Positions 1 through 9,932 of a stretch of 42,080 nt of DNA are shown here, piece after piece. Positions within the stretch are counted from its first letter, which is position 1; each line of letters opens with the position of its first letter. Origin of the DNA: an uncultured bacterium (GTDB taxonomy: Bacteria > CSSED10-310 > CAZUFC01); assembly GCA_964619725.1 (NCBI GenBank), contig CAZUFC010000070.1:1-42080 (forward strand), written 5' to 3'. The notes beneath the pieces are model-generated. The model was not told the DNA's origin, ran no database searches, and saw nothing but the letters and a program-made list of their open reading frames with translations. Both the position numbers and the translations under genes were made by a program.

Positions 1-1423
1 CTGTCGGCGTATCGGTCGGGGTCCTTGTGGGAGTTCGTGTGACTGTCGGAGTATTAGTGGGCGTATCCGTTGGCGTCCTGGTCGGCGTATCGGTCGGGGT
101 CCTTGTGGGAGTTCGTGTGACTGTCGGAGTATTAGTGGGCGTATCCGTTGGCGTCCTGGTCGGTGTATCGGTAGGAGTCCTTGTGGGAGTTCGGGTTATA
201 GTGGGTGTGTTGGTAGGGGTATCTGTCGGTGTGTAAGTCGGTGTGTCAGTGGGAGTTCTGGTTGGTGTTAGGGTGACTGTCGGGGTATCCGTAGGGGTCC
301 TTGTTGGAGTTTGCGTGACTGTCGGAGTATTCGTGGGCGTATCCGTGGGCGTGCGCGTGGGAGTCTGCGTGGGAGTTCTGGTCGGCGTCGACGTCGGCGG
401 CAACCAATAACCGAAATCAGCATCCAGATGGCATTCTCCTACATCCAGATCATATGCATAAGGTTCGTTGGCCGTCGTTAATACAGCGCCGGTCGGCAAT
501 GTGGCTTCAATCACATCTACTACGTAGCATCCGGCTTCCAGGCTGATGAATTTGTACCAGCCGGGATATCCCGTATCCGGATCATTCTGAGTAGTCGCCG
601 TATCGATCAAATCATCTTCGGGATCGACGTCTCCGTCGCAGTTTTCATCTTCATATAAGTATATGTCTATTCCATTCATGCCGGCAGTTACTGGATTCTC
701 ATCCTGGTCCCCTTCGCTGTCGGAGTCAAACCACACGTAATCCCCCAGGCATGATGTGGCGGTTTCTATAAAGTCCAGGCTGATATCCGTCGCGACATGA
801 TCGCCGAAAATATCCATCACAATGGCTCCGGCGTCGCTGAAGTCGGCTCCAGTCCCTGCCTGAACCGCAAATCCGCTGTAGGGCAGATAAAATGACTGCC
901 CCGGTTGCTCTATCAGGCCCGGCAAGGACAAAGCATAGCTGGACCAGTTTGATCCGTCCGTATAAACCGATAAAACCAGCAGCGCCGGCCAATCCTCTTC
1001 ATATACATGTATCAGGAGGCTATTCTGATTACCGTTGTTCGTCAAATCTATTCCGCCCAATCCCGTGTAGTCTATCGTCAATGCATCGTTGTCCGTTCCG
1101 TCCCATACTACCCTTGAATCGGCCTTCACTCCCGTCTCCTGACTATGCGCCAACAGACCGTTTCCACCGCTGTTCGCTTTCAAGGTCATTATGCCGGTTC
1201 CCTCGGTCACTTCGATAAATCCGTCACGCTCTGCGCCGATTATCCCGCTCCCTGAAACATAACCATAGTCTGTATCGCCCAGACCGGTCGCTTCCAGTGT
1301 CTGGTTCGCATCAAAGGTGTCGATCGTTAAACTCTGGGCATTGACGCCGCCGGCAATTAACATTGATAGAAATAAAATTATCAGGAAAGCCTTCCGACTC
1401 TCCCTGCTTTCATTTGTCGACAT
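1..1423 (-). CDS. Secreted/surface protein, partial (3' end runs off the left edge): signal peptide, N-terminal beta-rich domain, SdrD B-like domain, long Pro/Thr linker
   Basis: Absent from the ORF track because there is no stop in the window. Manual translation from ATG 1423 (GGAGG upstream): [30 protein letters not shown]..., then [19 protein letters not shown]...G..IYLY...GWYKF..L..G.Y (SdrD B-like), then ([10 protein letters not shown])n. Confidence 0.85.
   Translation of the reverse strand, partial: MSTNESRESRKAFLIILFLSMLIAGGVNAQSLTIDTFDANQTLEATGLGDTDYGYVSGSGIIGAERDGFIEVTEGTGIMTLKANSGGNGLLAHSQETGVKADSRVVWDGTDNDALTIDYTGLGGIDLTNNGNQNSLLIHVYEEDWPALLVLSVYTDGSNWSSYALSLPGLIEQPGQSFYLPYSGFAVQAGTGADFSDAGAIVMDIFGDHVATDISLDFIETATSCLGDYVWFDSDSEGDQDENPVTAGMNGIDIYLYEDENCDGDVDPEDDLIDTATTQNDPDTGYPGWYKFISLEAGCYVVDVIEATLPTGAVLTTANEPYAYDLDVGECHLDADFGYWLPPTSTPTRTPTQTPTRTPTDTPTNTPTVTQTPTRTPTDTPTVTLTPTRTPTDTPTYTPTDTPTNTPTITRTPTRTPTDTPTRTPTDTPTNTPTVTRTPTRTPTDTPTRTPTDTPTNTPTVTRTPTRTPTDTPT
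3..400 (-). repeat. Pro/Thr-rich coding repeat with two identical 78-bp units (3-80, 81-158) followed by degenerate units
   Basis: GTCGGCGTATCGG recurs at 3 and 81, and with one mismatch at 159; encodes [10 protein letters not shown]-type repeats on the minus strand. Confidence 0.9.
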
Positions 1424-1646
1424 TGATGCAAACCCTCCATGATTGCTTGAATAATAAAATTTCATGCAAGTATACTCTTGCAAGAAAAAATGAATTCCGA
1501 AAATCGACTATCCCCTTGTTAATACGATTCTCAATTGTTTTAATAAGACAAAAAAAATCAAAAGTCAAATATTACTTGTAATTTTAACGCTCATTTTTCT
1601 TATGAATCCTGTTTCTTCACGCGTTTTCTGATTCAATCTGCAAAGT

Positions 1647-1676
1647 TTGACAAAACTCAGGGAACCATAATAGCAT
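1647..1676 (+). promoter_or_regulatory. Putative sigma70 promoter of the C25 peptidase gene
   Basis: TTGACA(1647-1652)-N18-TAGCAT(1671-1676). Confidence 0.35.
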
Positions 1677-1739
1677 CAAAGCGGGAAAAGGATGAACCTT
1701 CTCTTCTATGCAATGATTCCCAGAAAACCAGGAGAACAT

Positions 1740-4700
1740 ATGACAAAGATCACGGTAATAGCTCTAGTATCGCTGACTTTCGCCGTAAATGCTTTCAGCC
1801 GGCAAAAAGCATACGAAGCTTTTGAAATTATCGAGGAGAGTCAAGGAAGAATAGTGTTGTCGTATCGATTGAGGCCGTCGTTTGACGTTTCGGATATCGA
1901 AGAAAAGATGAAATCGGAATTTCCTTATTTTAGCCGTGAGCCAGGTCGACCTGTCCTACCGTTGGAATACTGTTTATTAGGCATTCCCGGCGATGCTGAT
2001 ATTGAATTACAATGGGCTGTCGAGCAGAGCGCAATGGTGGAAGAAGTAGATTTATCAGTATATGAAGAGGAGGAAGATTGGCGGTTCAGAAGTCTTGAAA
2101 CATCGAAAGGAGCAGGCCGTTCCGCAGTGGAAATCAGCGACACGGGCTGGATAAGGAACCAGCGGATTGCGGCTGTTATTATCCGACCGCTGGAGTACGA
2201 CGCCGATACTCGTAACTTACATGTAAAAAAGCGGATACGAATCCGTATAAGCTTCGATGGAGCGATCTGCAATAAAAAAGATAAAGCTCCGCCGGCGGGC
2301 GCTGCATACGAGGAACTGTTATCCGGTTTACTTCTCAATTATGAGTCTTCGAGAAACAGACGAAGTCTTTTCTCGCCTTCACCGACGACTTCACAACCTT
2401 TTTCTTACGCGGAAGGAGGTCCCTGGTTCAAAATAAAAAACGATAATGAACCGGCCGTATATCGTATTGGAACTCAATTGGACCTGGCCGGACTGGATTA
2501 CAGGACATTCCGGGTATTAAATGAAGGAGAGCACGTACCGGTAAGACTGGTCGGAACAGGCGACGGCATTTTCGATCCGGATGATTACTTTGAGTTTTAT
2601 TCGGAGCCGTTCCGGTCGGCGGACGGCAGCCATGACCGGTACACGGTGGAAAATGTTTACTGGTTTCATTACGGCGATGAAGGCGGACGTCGAATAAAGC
2701 CTGTGGATGCATCTCCGGGGTCGGCTGCCTTGAGTCCTCATTTCAGGGATGCAGTGCGTTATGAGGAAAACAGAATTCCATCCTGGGCGGAAGACAAGTG
2801 GATGTGGAAAGAATTCAGGGCCGGTGAGGCCGGGATCGTGGAAATAGATATTCCCTCACCTGACGTCGATTCTGAGGATACGGCTGATCTGTCCGTGCAG
2901 TTGATCGGCGTGACGGATGCGGAAGGAGCAGCGCCGGATCATCACATGTTAGTCTATATTAACGATCAACTGATCTGCGAAAGAGAATGGGACGGCTGGG
3001 AAACGCAATTATGCGAGATAGAACTGTCGCATGACTTTTTATTAGAAGGAACAAATGAATTAAGGGTGGTGATGCCGGGAGATACGGAAGCCGGGGAATT
3101 TGATTATGTATGGCTGAACTGGATCAAACTCGAATATGACAGACTTTATATAGCTGAGAACGACCGGCTTCATTTCGAGAGTCCGGAAATCGACGATCCG
3201 CAAGCTTTCCGATGCAAAATAACAGGTTTCGATACTCCACACATAAATATATGGGACATAACCGACAGGAATTTTCTGGAAAATATCGCTGTTGAGTCTT
3301 CAGAAAACGGATATTCAGCCGAATTCGAAATCGAATTGGACGCCGGCGTTGAATTTTTTGCGTTCACCGAAGCAACGGTCGTTATTCCTGATGTTGAGGA
3401 AGACGCCCTGTCAACTCTTCAATCCCCTGAGAATCAGGCTGATTATCTAATTATAACCCATGAGCAATTCATGGGAGACATGGCCCCTCTTTACGATCTT
3501 GAAGACCTGGAGGATTTGCAGCAGTCCAGGGGGTATTCCACCAGGATAGTGAACGTTGAAAATATTTATGATGAATTTAATTACGGCATTTTCAATCCTA
3601 CGGCAATACGCTCATTTCTCGATTATGCCTATCACAACTGGAATACCCCTGCGCCTCAATACGTTTTACTGGTCGGAGATGCCTCCTGGGATTATATCGG
3701 CTATCTGCCGGAAGGAACTCATATCAATTATGTTCCTTCCTACACGAAGCAATGGTATGACGGTCACGGCAATCCCAACTTCAAACGCCTGATGAAAATC
3801 AACGGCCGGCAAAAAAGCGATTTTAATAACATAACGGGTCCTTATGATTTCATATATGGAGCGGCCATGGTGGACCAGCAATACGTGTGCGTATCCGGGA
3901 ACGATTCCTTTCCCGATATGATGATAGGCCGGTTTTCCGTCAAAAATTCTCAGGACCTTGATACTATGGTGCGCAAAAGCCTTAAACGCGGCGGCGGATT
4001 GCCTCCGGGATACTGGATAAGAAATACGGTATTTATAACCGGCGGAGTCAACGATCTGGAACAGAACACGTTCGGGGTCCAGGCGGATACGCTGATCGAT
4101 GAGTTTATAAGACCCGGGTTCAGCGGACTCAAACCCTACAGAATATATAAAGAAACGAACGGTTACGACTGGGGGTATTATGAACAGGACGTTATAGATG
4201 CATTTAATCAAGGCGCTCTGTTCGTCAGCTTTTTCGGTCACGCCGGATCATGGTCCTGGGAATGCATGCTCGATTTCGACGATATACCCGCTATTCAAAA
4301 TAATAATATGCTGCCCTTCGTTTTAAGCATGACCTGCAACACAGTAAGATTCGCCAATCCCGTCGTGGACTCATTCGGCGAAGAGATGGTCCACACCAGC
4401 CCTCAAAGCGGCGCTCTCGCATTGTGGGGCGGCTGCAATTTCGGGGGACTCTGGTCCGATTATTATCTCGCATACAAATTCTTCGATGAAGTATTCGTCC
4501 AGAAAAATCATAACATAGGCTCCATCATCAACGCATCAAAGATTACCACCCAGTCGATCTACCCGGACTATGCCGTTATTATCGAACCTTATACCCTCCT
4601 GGGAGACCCTGCCATGAACCTGACTTTCCGGTCAGACCCCTGTCTGGTTATGGGAGGATGGTTCGATAAAAAGGTTAGCTGGTCTCAAGGCGGAGAAATC

Positions 4701-4958
4701 CTGATGACCGCTTTTGGAACAGGACTCGACGGAACAGCCGTTGAAACCATTGAACTCTATTACGACGGCATGCCTACCGGCGTCAACCTTTTCGATGACG
4801 GCAACAATTTCGATTTTTCCGGCCAGGACGGCTTTTTCGGACTGTATATCCCCCTGGAATCACAAACAATACCGGCCGGCAGTTATTTGTTCGAATTAAA
4901 AGGTTTCGATTACTTCAATAATCCCACCGCGCTCTGGCCCTGCCTTAACGTTGAATAA
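1740..4958 (+). CDS. C25 family (gingipain-like) cysteine peptidase with propeptide and a C-terminal LFDDG..D....DG (choice-of-anchor X-like) domain
   Basis: ATG 1740 after AGGAGA; signal peptide MTKITVIALVSLTFAVNA; C25 motifs ADYLIITH, IYDEFNYG, YVLLVGDA, MMIGRF, catalytic FFGHAG and MTCN, YTLLGDPA. Confidence 0.9.
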   Translation: MTKITVIALVSLTFAVNAFSRQKAYEAFEIIEESQGRIVLSYRLRPSFDVSDIEEKMKSEFPYFSREPGRPVLPLEYCLLGIPGDADIELQWAVEQSAMVEEVDLSVYEEEEDWRFRSLETSKGAGRSAVEISDTGWIRNQRIAAVIIRPLEYDADTRNLHVKKRIRIRISFDGAICNKKDKAPPAGAAYEELLSGLLLNYESSRNRRSLFSPSPTTSQPFSYAEGGPWFKIKNDNEPAVYRIGTQLDLAGLDYRTFRVLNEGEHVPVRLVGTGDGIFDPDDYFEFYSEPFRSADGSHDRYTVENVYWFHYGDEGGRRIKPVDASPGSAALSPHFRDAVRYEENRIPSWAEDKWMWKEFRAGEAGIVEIDIPSPDVDSEDTADLSVQLIGVTDAEGAAPDHHMLVYINDQLICEREWDGWETQLCEIELSHDFLLEGTNELRVVMPGDTEAGEFDYVWLNWIKLEYDRLYIAENDRLHFESPEIDDPQAFRCKITGFDTPHINIWDITDRNFLENIAVESSENGYSAEFEIELDAGVEFFAFTEATVVIPDVEEDALSTLQSPENQADYLIITHEQFMGDMAPLYDLEDLEDLQQSRGYSTRIVNVENIYDEFNYGIFNPTAIRSFLDYAYHNWNTPAPQYVLLVGDASWDYIGYLPEGTHINYVPSYTKQWYDGHGNPNFKRLMKINGRQKSDFNNITGPYDFIYGAAMVDQQYVCVSGNDSFPDMMIGRFSVKNSQDLDTMVRKSLKRGGGLPPGYWIRNTVFITGGVNDLEQNTFGVQADTLIDEFIRPGFSGLKPYRIYKETNGYDWGYYEQDVIDAFNQGALFVSFFGHAGSWSWECMLDFDDIPAIQNNNMLPFVLSMTCNTVRFANPVVDSFGEEMVHTSPQSGALALWGGCNFGGLWSDYYLAYKFFDEVFVQKNHNIGSIINASKITTQSIYPDYAVIIEPYTLLGDPAMNLTFRSDPCLVMGGWFDKKVSWSQGGEILMTAFGTGLDGTAVETIELYYDGMPTGVNLFDDGNNFDFSGQDGFFGLYIPLESQTIPAGSYLFELKGFDYFNNPTALWPCLNVE

Positions 4959-5185
4959 AATCGCGATACGGCTTAAAATTGGAAGGATGGATGGGTGGAA
5001 GATGCCTTAATGCTTCTCCCGTTCAGTCCGCAGCGTCCGCTTCGTCCGCAACAATATAAATGTTAATGCGGCCCTCCACTGATGTTCAGTTTAAATAAAA
5101 CGATCGTCGGTCCTGAATATAGTAATGTCGGCAGCTTGACCGGGAAAAAATGTATTGATACCTTCACTTTTGGGAGAAGTCGTCA

Positions 5186-6844
5186 ATGGATGCAAATCAA
5201 AGAAACGCCCGTGATCAAGACAGCAATTCTGATTTCATAATCGCCGACTATCTGATAACGGCTTCATCCCGCGATATCGAAAGAATAGCCAGAGAAACGG
5301 CTTTGGAACAAACCGTAGAAGTCCCCGAAGATATTGTCGATACACTGTTCATTGAACGTCATGTAGTGGGACGAATCCTCTCCGTCAAAGAAGCGAAAGG
5401 TCAAGTCCCCGAAAAATATCTTGTAAAAATGGCTTATTCCGTCGAAGTGGCGGATTTTCAGATTCCCCAGTTGCTGAATCTTCTGTTCGGCAACATATCA
5501 ATGAAGCAGGGAATAAAAATCGTCGACATAATTCTGCCGGAAACATTTACCGAAAAGTTCCAGGGACCGGCATTCGGAATAGAAGGATTACGTGATTTAC
5601 TGAATATTCACGACCGGCCTTTGACGGCAGCGGCATTGAAACCTATGGGGCGCTCCGCGGAAGAACTCGCCGAAGCGAGTTACCAATTGGCTTTGGGCGG
5701 CGTGGATATACTGAAGGACGATCATGGATTGACAGATAATTCCTTCTGCCGTTTTAAAGACAGAGTGAGACTTTGCAGCAGCGCGGTCAGGAGGGCTGTT
5801 GAGGAAACAGGCAAAAAATGTCTTTATTTCCCTAACATACTGGACAGGATGAACCTGATTAACGAGCGGATAGAATACGCCCTGGAACATCATGCGGGCG
5901 GTCTGCTGATGTCGCCTTTTTTGCTGGGATTCGATCAGGTAAGGTTCATCGCCGAGAATCCCGCAGTAAACATTCCCATAATGGGTCATCCTTCTCTGAG
6001 CGGGACTCTGTACAATAATCCGACTCACGGCATTGAGCCTCATCTGATCCTGGGGACCCTCTTCAGACTGGCGGGAGCAGATATTTCGATATATCCCAAT
6101 GCAGGCGGACGATTTTGTTTCAGCGAATACGTGTGCAGCCGGATAAATGCTTCTCTGCAAAGCGAATTGAACGGATTAAGGAAAGCCTGGCCTGCTCCGG
6201 CCGGCGGAATAAATCTGGAATCAGCCCCCGAAATCTGCCGTTCCTATGGAAAAGACATCATTTTACTGATAGGGGGCAGCCTTTATCAGCATTCGCCGGA
6301 CCTTCGACGCAATGCCGAATATTTCCTGGAACTGGCGGAAAATTGTGAATCCGTCGCCCGTGATAAAGAAATCAAAAGGCGTCACAAGAGACCTCAAATG
6401 AAACCCCATGCGGAGAAAGCTTCAAATCGCCCGGCAAATGGACTTTCTGCAGAACCCTTCCTGAAGTTCAAAAATTTTCTTTGGGATCATCGAAGTTTCT
6501 CGGAATATAAACCGGCAGACTCGTCAGGCGGCTTTCGAAATATCAATCGCCTGGAACTGATGGGAAGAGGATTGAAAAAAACAGGATTCGATCTGCGTTA
6601 TTTTGAAATTCAAAAAGAGGGATATTCCAGTCTTGAAAAGCATCGGCATGCTCACGTGATTATCGCAGCGAGAGGGCAGGGGATCATCCAGATAGGAGAA
6701 GAAGAATATAAAGTGAATCCCTTTGATGTGGTTTTTGTGGATTCGTGGAAAGTGCATCGGTTGAAGAATCCCTTTGAGGAGCCCTTCGGTTTCTTTTGCA
6801 TTGTAGACAGCGAGCGAGACAAGCCGATTCAGCTTAAAGATTAG
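5186..6844 (+). CDS. RuBisCO-like protein (form IV) fused to a C-terminal cupin domain
   Basis: RLP motifs ALEQTVE, LLNLLFGNIS, GPAFGIEGLR, LKPMG, GGVDILKDDHGL, PAPAGG, LIGGSL; C-terminal cupin LRYFEI..EGYSSLEKHRHAHVII...VHRLKN...FGFFCIVDSERDKP. Confidence 0.92.
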   Translation: MDANQRNARDQDSNSDFIIADYLITASSRDIERIARETALEQTVEVPEDIVDTLFIERHVVGRILSVKEAKGQVPEKYLVKMAYSVEVADFQIPQLLNLLFGNISMKQGIKIVDIILPETFTEKFQGPAFGIEGLRDLLNIHDRPLTAAALKPMGRSAEELAEASYQLALGGVDILKDDHGLTDNSFCRFKDRVRLCSSAVRRAVEETGKKCLYFPNILDRMNLINERIEYALEHHAGGLLMSPFLLGFDQVRFIAENPAVNIPIMGHPSLSGTLYNNPTHGIEPHLILGTLFRLAGADISIYPNAGGRFCFSEYVCSRINASLQSELNGLRKAWPAPAGGINLESAPEICRSYGKDIILLIGGSLYQHSPDLRRNAEYFLELAENCESVARDKEIKRRHKRPQMKPHAEKASNRPANGLSAEPFLKFKNFLWDHRSFSEYKPADSSGGFRNINRLELMGRGLKKTGFDLRYFEIQKEGYSSLEKHRHAHVIIAARGQGIIQIGEEEYKVNPFDVVFVDSWKVHRLKNPFEEPFGFFCIVDSERDKPIQLKD

Positions 6845-7069
6845 TAGAGAAAAGTAAAATGGACGATCGACTGACCGGAAAAATTGATGAACTTATGAAT
6901 GCGAAGTTTGTTACAGACAATATGGATGATTGGTAAAGGGTAGCATAACGAACGGAATACAGGCAATTTGATCACATTGAAGGTTTTGAATTAGATTGTT
7001 GAAATGGATTGAATTATTTTAGGCTTTGCCGGACCTCAGGGTTCGGACGGAGCAATTAAGGATATCATT

Positions 7070-7957
7070 ATGAAAATGCATTTGGAATGTTTGCCCTGCG
7101 TCGTCAGGCAGGGTCTTGATGCCGCCCGGATGATTACCCGGGATCAGAATATCCAGGAAAAAATTATGCGGGACGTGCTGAAATTGCTGGCTGAGAATCC
7201 CTTCACCCAGTCACCGGCCCACCGTGGATACGAAATTCATAAAAAGATAAGGGAGATAAGCGGCAACAAAGACCCGTACAAAGAAATAAAAGAAAGACAC
7301 AATAAAATAGCGCTTTCACTGGCGCCTGAATTAAGGGAAAAAATGTGCTTTTCGCCGGACCCGTTTGAGACGGCCGTCAGACTGGCTATTGCCGGCAACA
7401 TCATCGATATGGGAATGTCCAGCGCTGTATCCAGGGCTCAAATCATCGATTCCATTGACCGGGTACTGGAATATCCCATACCTCATGAACGCTTCGTCAA
7501 ACTGAAAAAAAGAGCCGCCGAAGCTGAATCGATCCTTTATCTGGCGGACAATGCCGGTGAGATAGTTTTCGACCGGTTATTGATCGAAGAACTGCCGACG
7601 GAGCGTGTGGTCCTCGTCGTCAAGGCCGGTCCCGTCATCAATGATGCGGTATATCAAGATGCTGAATTCGCCGGATTAGCACAGATGGTCAAAGTCGTCG
7701 ATAACGGCTCGAACGCGCCGGGAACTTGCCTGGATTATGTTTCTGATGAATTTATGAAAAGGTTCAATTCCGCTGACCTGATTATTGCCAAGGGCCAGGC
7801 CAACTTTGAAAGTCTGAACGATTGCGACAGACCTGTCGTGTTCTTGTTTCAGGCTAAATGCAATGTCGTGGCGAAAATGGCCGGAACTGAAGTCGGAAGC
7901 GTCGTCATCAGGTTTCAGGACGAACTGGATGCGACCCTCCAGAAAAACAGGAATTAA
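7070..7957 (+). CDS. DUF89/ARMT1-like damage-control phosphatase family protein
   Basis: N-terminal ECLPC, DPYKEIK, AIAGNIID, YLADNAGEIVFD, PVINDA, IIAKGQANFESL, KCNVVA. Confidence 0.9.
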   Translation: MKMHLECLPCVVRQGLDAARMITRDQNIQEKIMRDVLKLLAENPFTQSPAHRGYEIHKKIREISGNKDPYKEIKERHNKIALSLAPELREKMCFSPDPFETAVRLAIAGNIIDMGMSSAVSRAQIIDSIDRVLEYPIPHERFVKLKKRAAEAESILYLADNAGEIVFDRLLIEELPTERVVLVVKAGPVINDAVYQDAEFAGLAQMVKVVDNGSNAPGTCLDYVSDEFMKRFNSADLIIAKGQANFESLNDCDRPVVFLFQAKCNVVAKMAGTEVGSVVIRFQDELDATLQKNRN

Positions 7958-7958
7958 T

Positions 7959-8651
7959 ATGAAAAGTGCGAAAACTGATACGACAAGGTTTTTTAATAAA
8001 ATAAAGGCTGAACCGAGCATTCCTTATGTGCTGGAATTGCTGGGATATGACCCGGACAATCCTGATCAGTGGAGCAAGTTTGTTCCGCTTGTTGAAGAAT
8101 GCGTTGAACAGGCAGAAGAGTTGGCTGTTCCGAGGGGAGCGTTCAGGGAATTGAACTCTCAAACGATTGGAGACTGGTTTCCGGCGCCCAACCCTCGTGG
8201 AGTCTTCATCGCCATGGTCACCATCGGCTGTGATTTGGAAGCGCAGGTGGATGCAATGTTCCAGGAAGGTCATCTGACTAATGCGGTTATTCTCGATGCC
8301 GTAGGTTCCGCCGTCGTTGAAAAAGCGGCGGAACAACTGGACGAAGCCATACAGAAAATAGTCCTTGAAAAAGGCTTGAAGAGGCGGCCGAGAATAAGTC
8401 CCGGATACGGTAATTTCCCCCTGGAAGATCAGAAAAAATTCATGGCTCTGCTCCCCTCGCAAAAGTTAGGAGTAACTCTAACGCCGTCATTCATGCTGGA
8501 ACCCAAAAAATCCGTTACCTTCGCCGTAGCCTGCGGAGCTTCGCCGGGCTCCCTTTATAAAGAACGCTACTGCGACGACTGTCCTCTGGTCAATTGCCCG
8601 CAGAGACGTCCCGGCGGAGTATGCTCCAATCAGGAAAAATTGAAAAAGTAG
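7959..8651 (+). CDS. Stand-alone B12-dependent methionine synthase activation-domain-like protein with C-terminal Cys cluster
   Basis: VTIG..LE, LDAVGSAVVE, RISPGYGNFPLEDQ, LGVTLTPSFMLEPKKSVT, C-terminal CDDCPLVNC; ATG 7959 one base after the DUF89 stop. Confidence 0.8.
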   Translation: MKSAKTDTTRFFNKIKAEPSIPYVLELLGYDPDNPDQWSKFVPLVEECVEQAEELAVPRGAFRELNSQTIGDWFPAPNPRGVFIAMVTIGCDLEAQVDAMFQEGHLTNAVILDAVGSAVVEKAAEQLDEAIQKIVLEKGLKRRPRISPGYGNFPLEDQKKFMALLPSQKLGVTLTPSFMLEPKKSVTFAVACGASPGSLYKERYCDDCPLVNCPQRRPGGVCSNQEKLKK

Positions 8652-8970
8652 TCGGTAATATAACCTAAAGACTCTTGGCCTGCAACAGCGCTGGAAGAGA
8701 CGGCACTATGAACGTTCGTAACAGGTTTTGTATGAGAAATCAGGGATAATGCTGCATCAGGCTTTAGATTTGAAAATTCAACGCATTGGCAATATGACCA
8801 CCTCGCAACTTCTTGACTCCCTTGCCTTAAGTATAATTCCTCCGTTTAAGGAAACGATTGTACATCCACAGGCAACCACGGATTGGACGGATGTATGAAT
8901 AAGATATTGAGAATTGGATAATATGACCTTCGGTAAACGCGCGTAACGATAGTGATTTGGATTATAGGGA

Positions 8971-9566
8971 AACCACGAATCACACGAATCTCACGAATAA
9001 GAGTGACGGCGTTGGCCCGTTTCTCATGTCTTTAGGGTCCGGGTCGCTGCGGATACAGCGAAAACCGTTCACTAATGCTTGTACCCTTCTGATTCGAATG
9101 ATTCGGGAGATTCGTGGTTCGAAAAAAAAATACAACATTGCAAATAAAACAACCCTATGCAAGTTTTTGACGGCTTATGATGTTCACATTTGCCGGAATT
9201 CAACCACGAATCGCACGAATCTCACGAATAAGAGTGACCTCGTAGGCCCGTATCTCATGTCTTTAGGGTTCGGGTCGCTGCGGATGCAGCGAAAACCGTT
9301 CACTAATGCTTGTACCCTTCTGATTCGAATGATTCGGGAGATTCGTGGTTCGAAAAAAAATACAACATTGCAAATAAAACAACCCTATGCAAGTTTTTGA
9401 CGGCTTTTGATGTTCACATTTGCCGGAATTCAACCACGAATCACACGAATCTCACGAATAAGAGTGACGTCGTTGGCCCGTATCGCATGTCTTTAGGGTT
9501 CGGGTCGCTGCGGATACTGCGAAAACCGTTCACTAATGCTTGTACCCTTCTGATTCGAATGATTCG
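8971..9566. repeat. Tandem array of ~231-bp units (2.6 copies), each with a 149-bp segment bounded by 28-bp imperfect inverted repeats
   Basis: Units start at 8971, 9202 and 9432 with AACCACGAATC..ACGAATCTCACGAAT and close with ATTCGAATGATTCGGGAGATTCGTGGTT (ends at 9119 in unit 1). Confidence 0.95.
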
Positions 9567-9932
9567 TGTTGACAAACTTCCATTTTCGATTAAATCAACG
9601 GACCTGCAGGCGGAGGACTTTAATTTTTATAAATAATTAGAGCATATTTCCCCTTGCGTAGAATAATGTCGGATAAAAACTCATAACAAAATATCGAGTA
9701 GGCTTAAAACTAAAAAAGTCTCCTTGCTCCCGTTTTCTTCTCCATTGAAACGCATTCGAAAACCTGTTAGATTCCATAGAGAAGTGCTGGATTCAGTCGT
9801 TTCAGCGGATTTTCCGGCGGATAAAAAGGGATTGATGCACTGAAGCGAGTCATGTTCAGCGCTGCGCGTTGGACAAACATTGGATTCTGAGGAGTATCAC
9901 ATTTAAGAATAAGATGAGAGTTGGATTAGATC

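Noticed and set aside
27-236. Plus-strand Val/Gly-rich ORF
   Set aside because: Antisense shadow of the minus-strand Pro/Thr repeat gene.
4959-5185. SAM riboswitch upstream of the RLP gene
   Set aside because: I could not find the conserved SAM-I core elements by eye; an Rfam scan would be decisive.
5186-6844. Carboxylating RuBisCO (CO2 fixation)
   Set aside because: KDDH rather than KDDE motif, cupin fusion, and no small subunit or phosphoribulokinase nearby.
8971-9566. CRISPR array or integron attC array
   Set aside because: Units are 231 bp with non-unique interiors. The AAC...GTT ends resemble attC, but GTTCGAA does not fit GTTRRRY, and there are no cassette ORFs, integrase or cas genes in the window.
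8957-9636. ORFs 8957-9400 and 9310-9636
   Set aside because: Translations of the 231-bp repeat; the A9/A8 difference shifts frame between units and no protein motif is recognisable.
9640-9932. T-box leader upstream of valS
   Set aside because: No recognisable T-box antiterminator consensus (GGTGG.ACC) or terminator.
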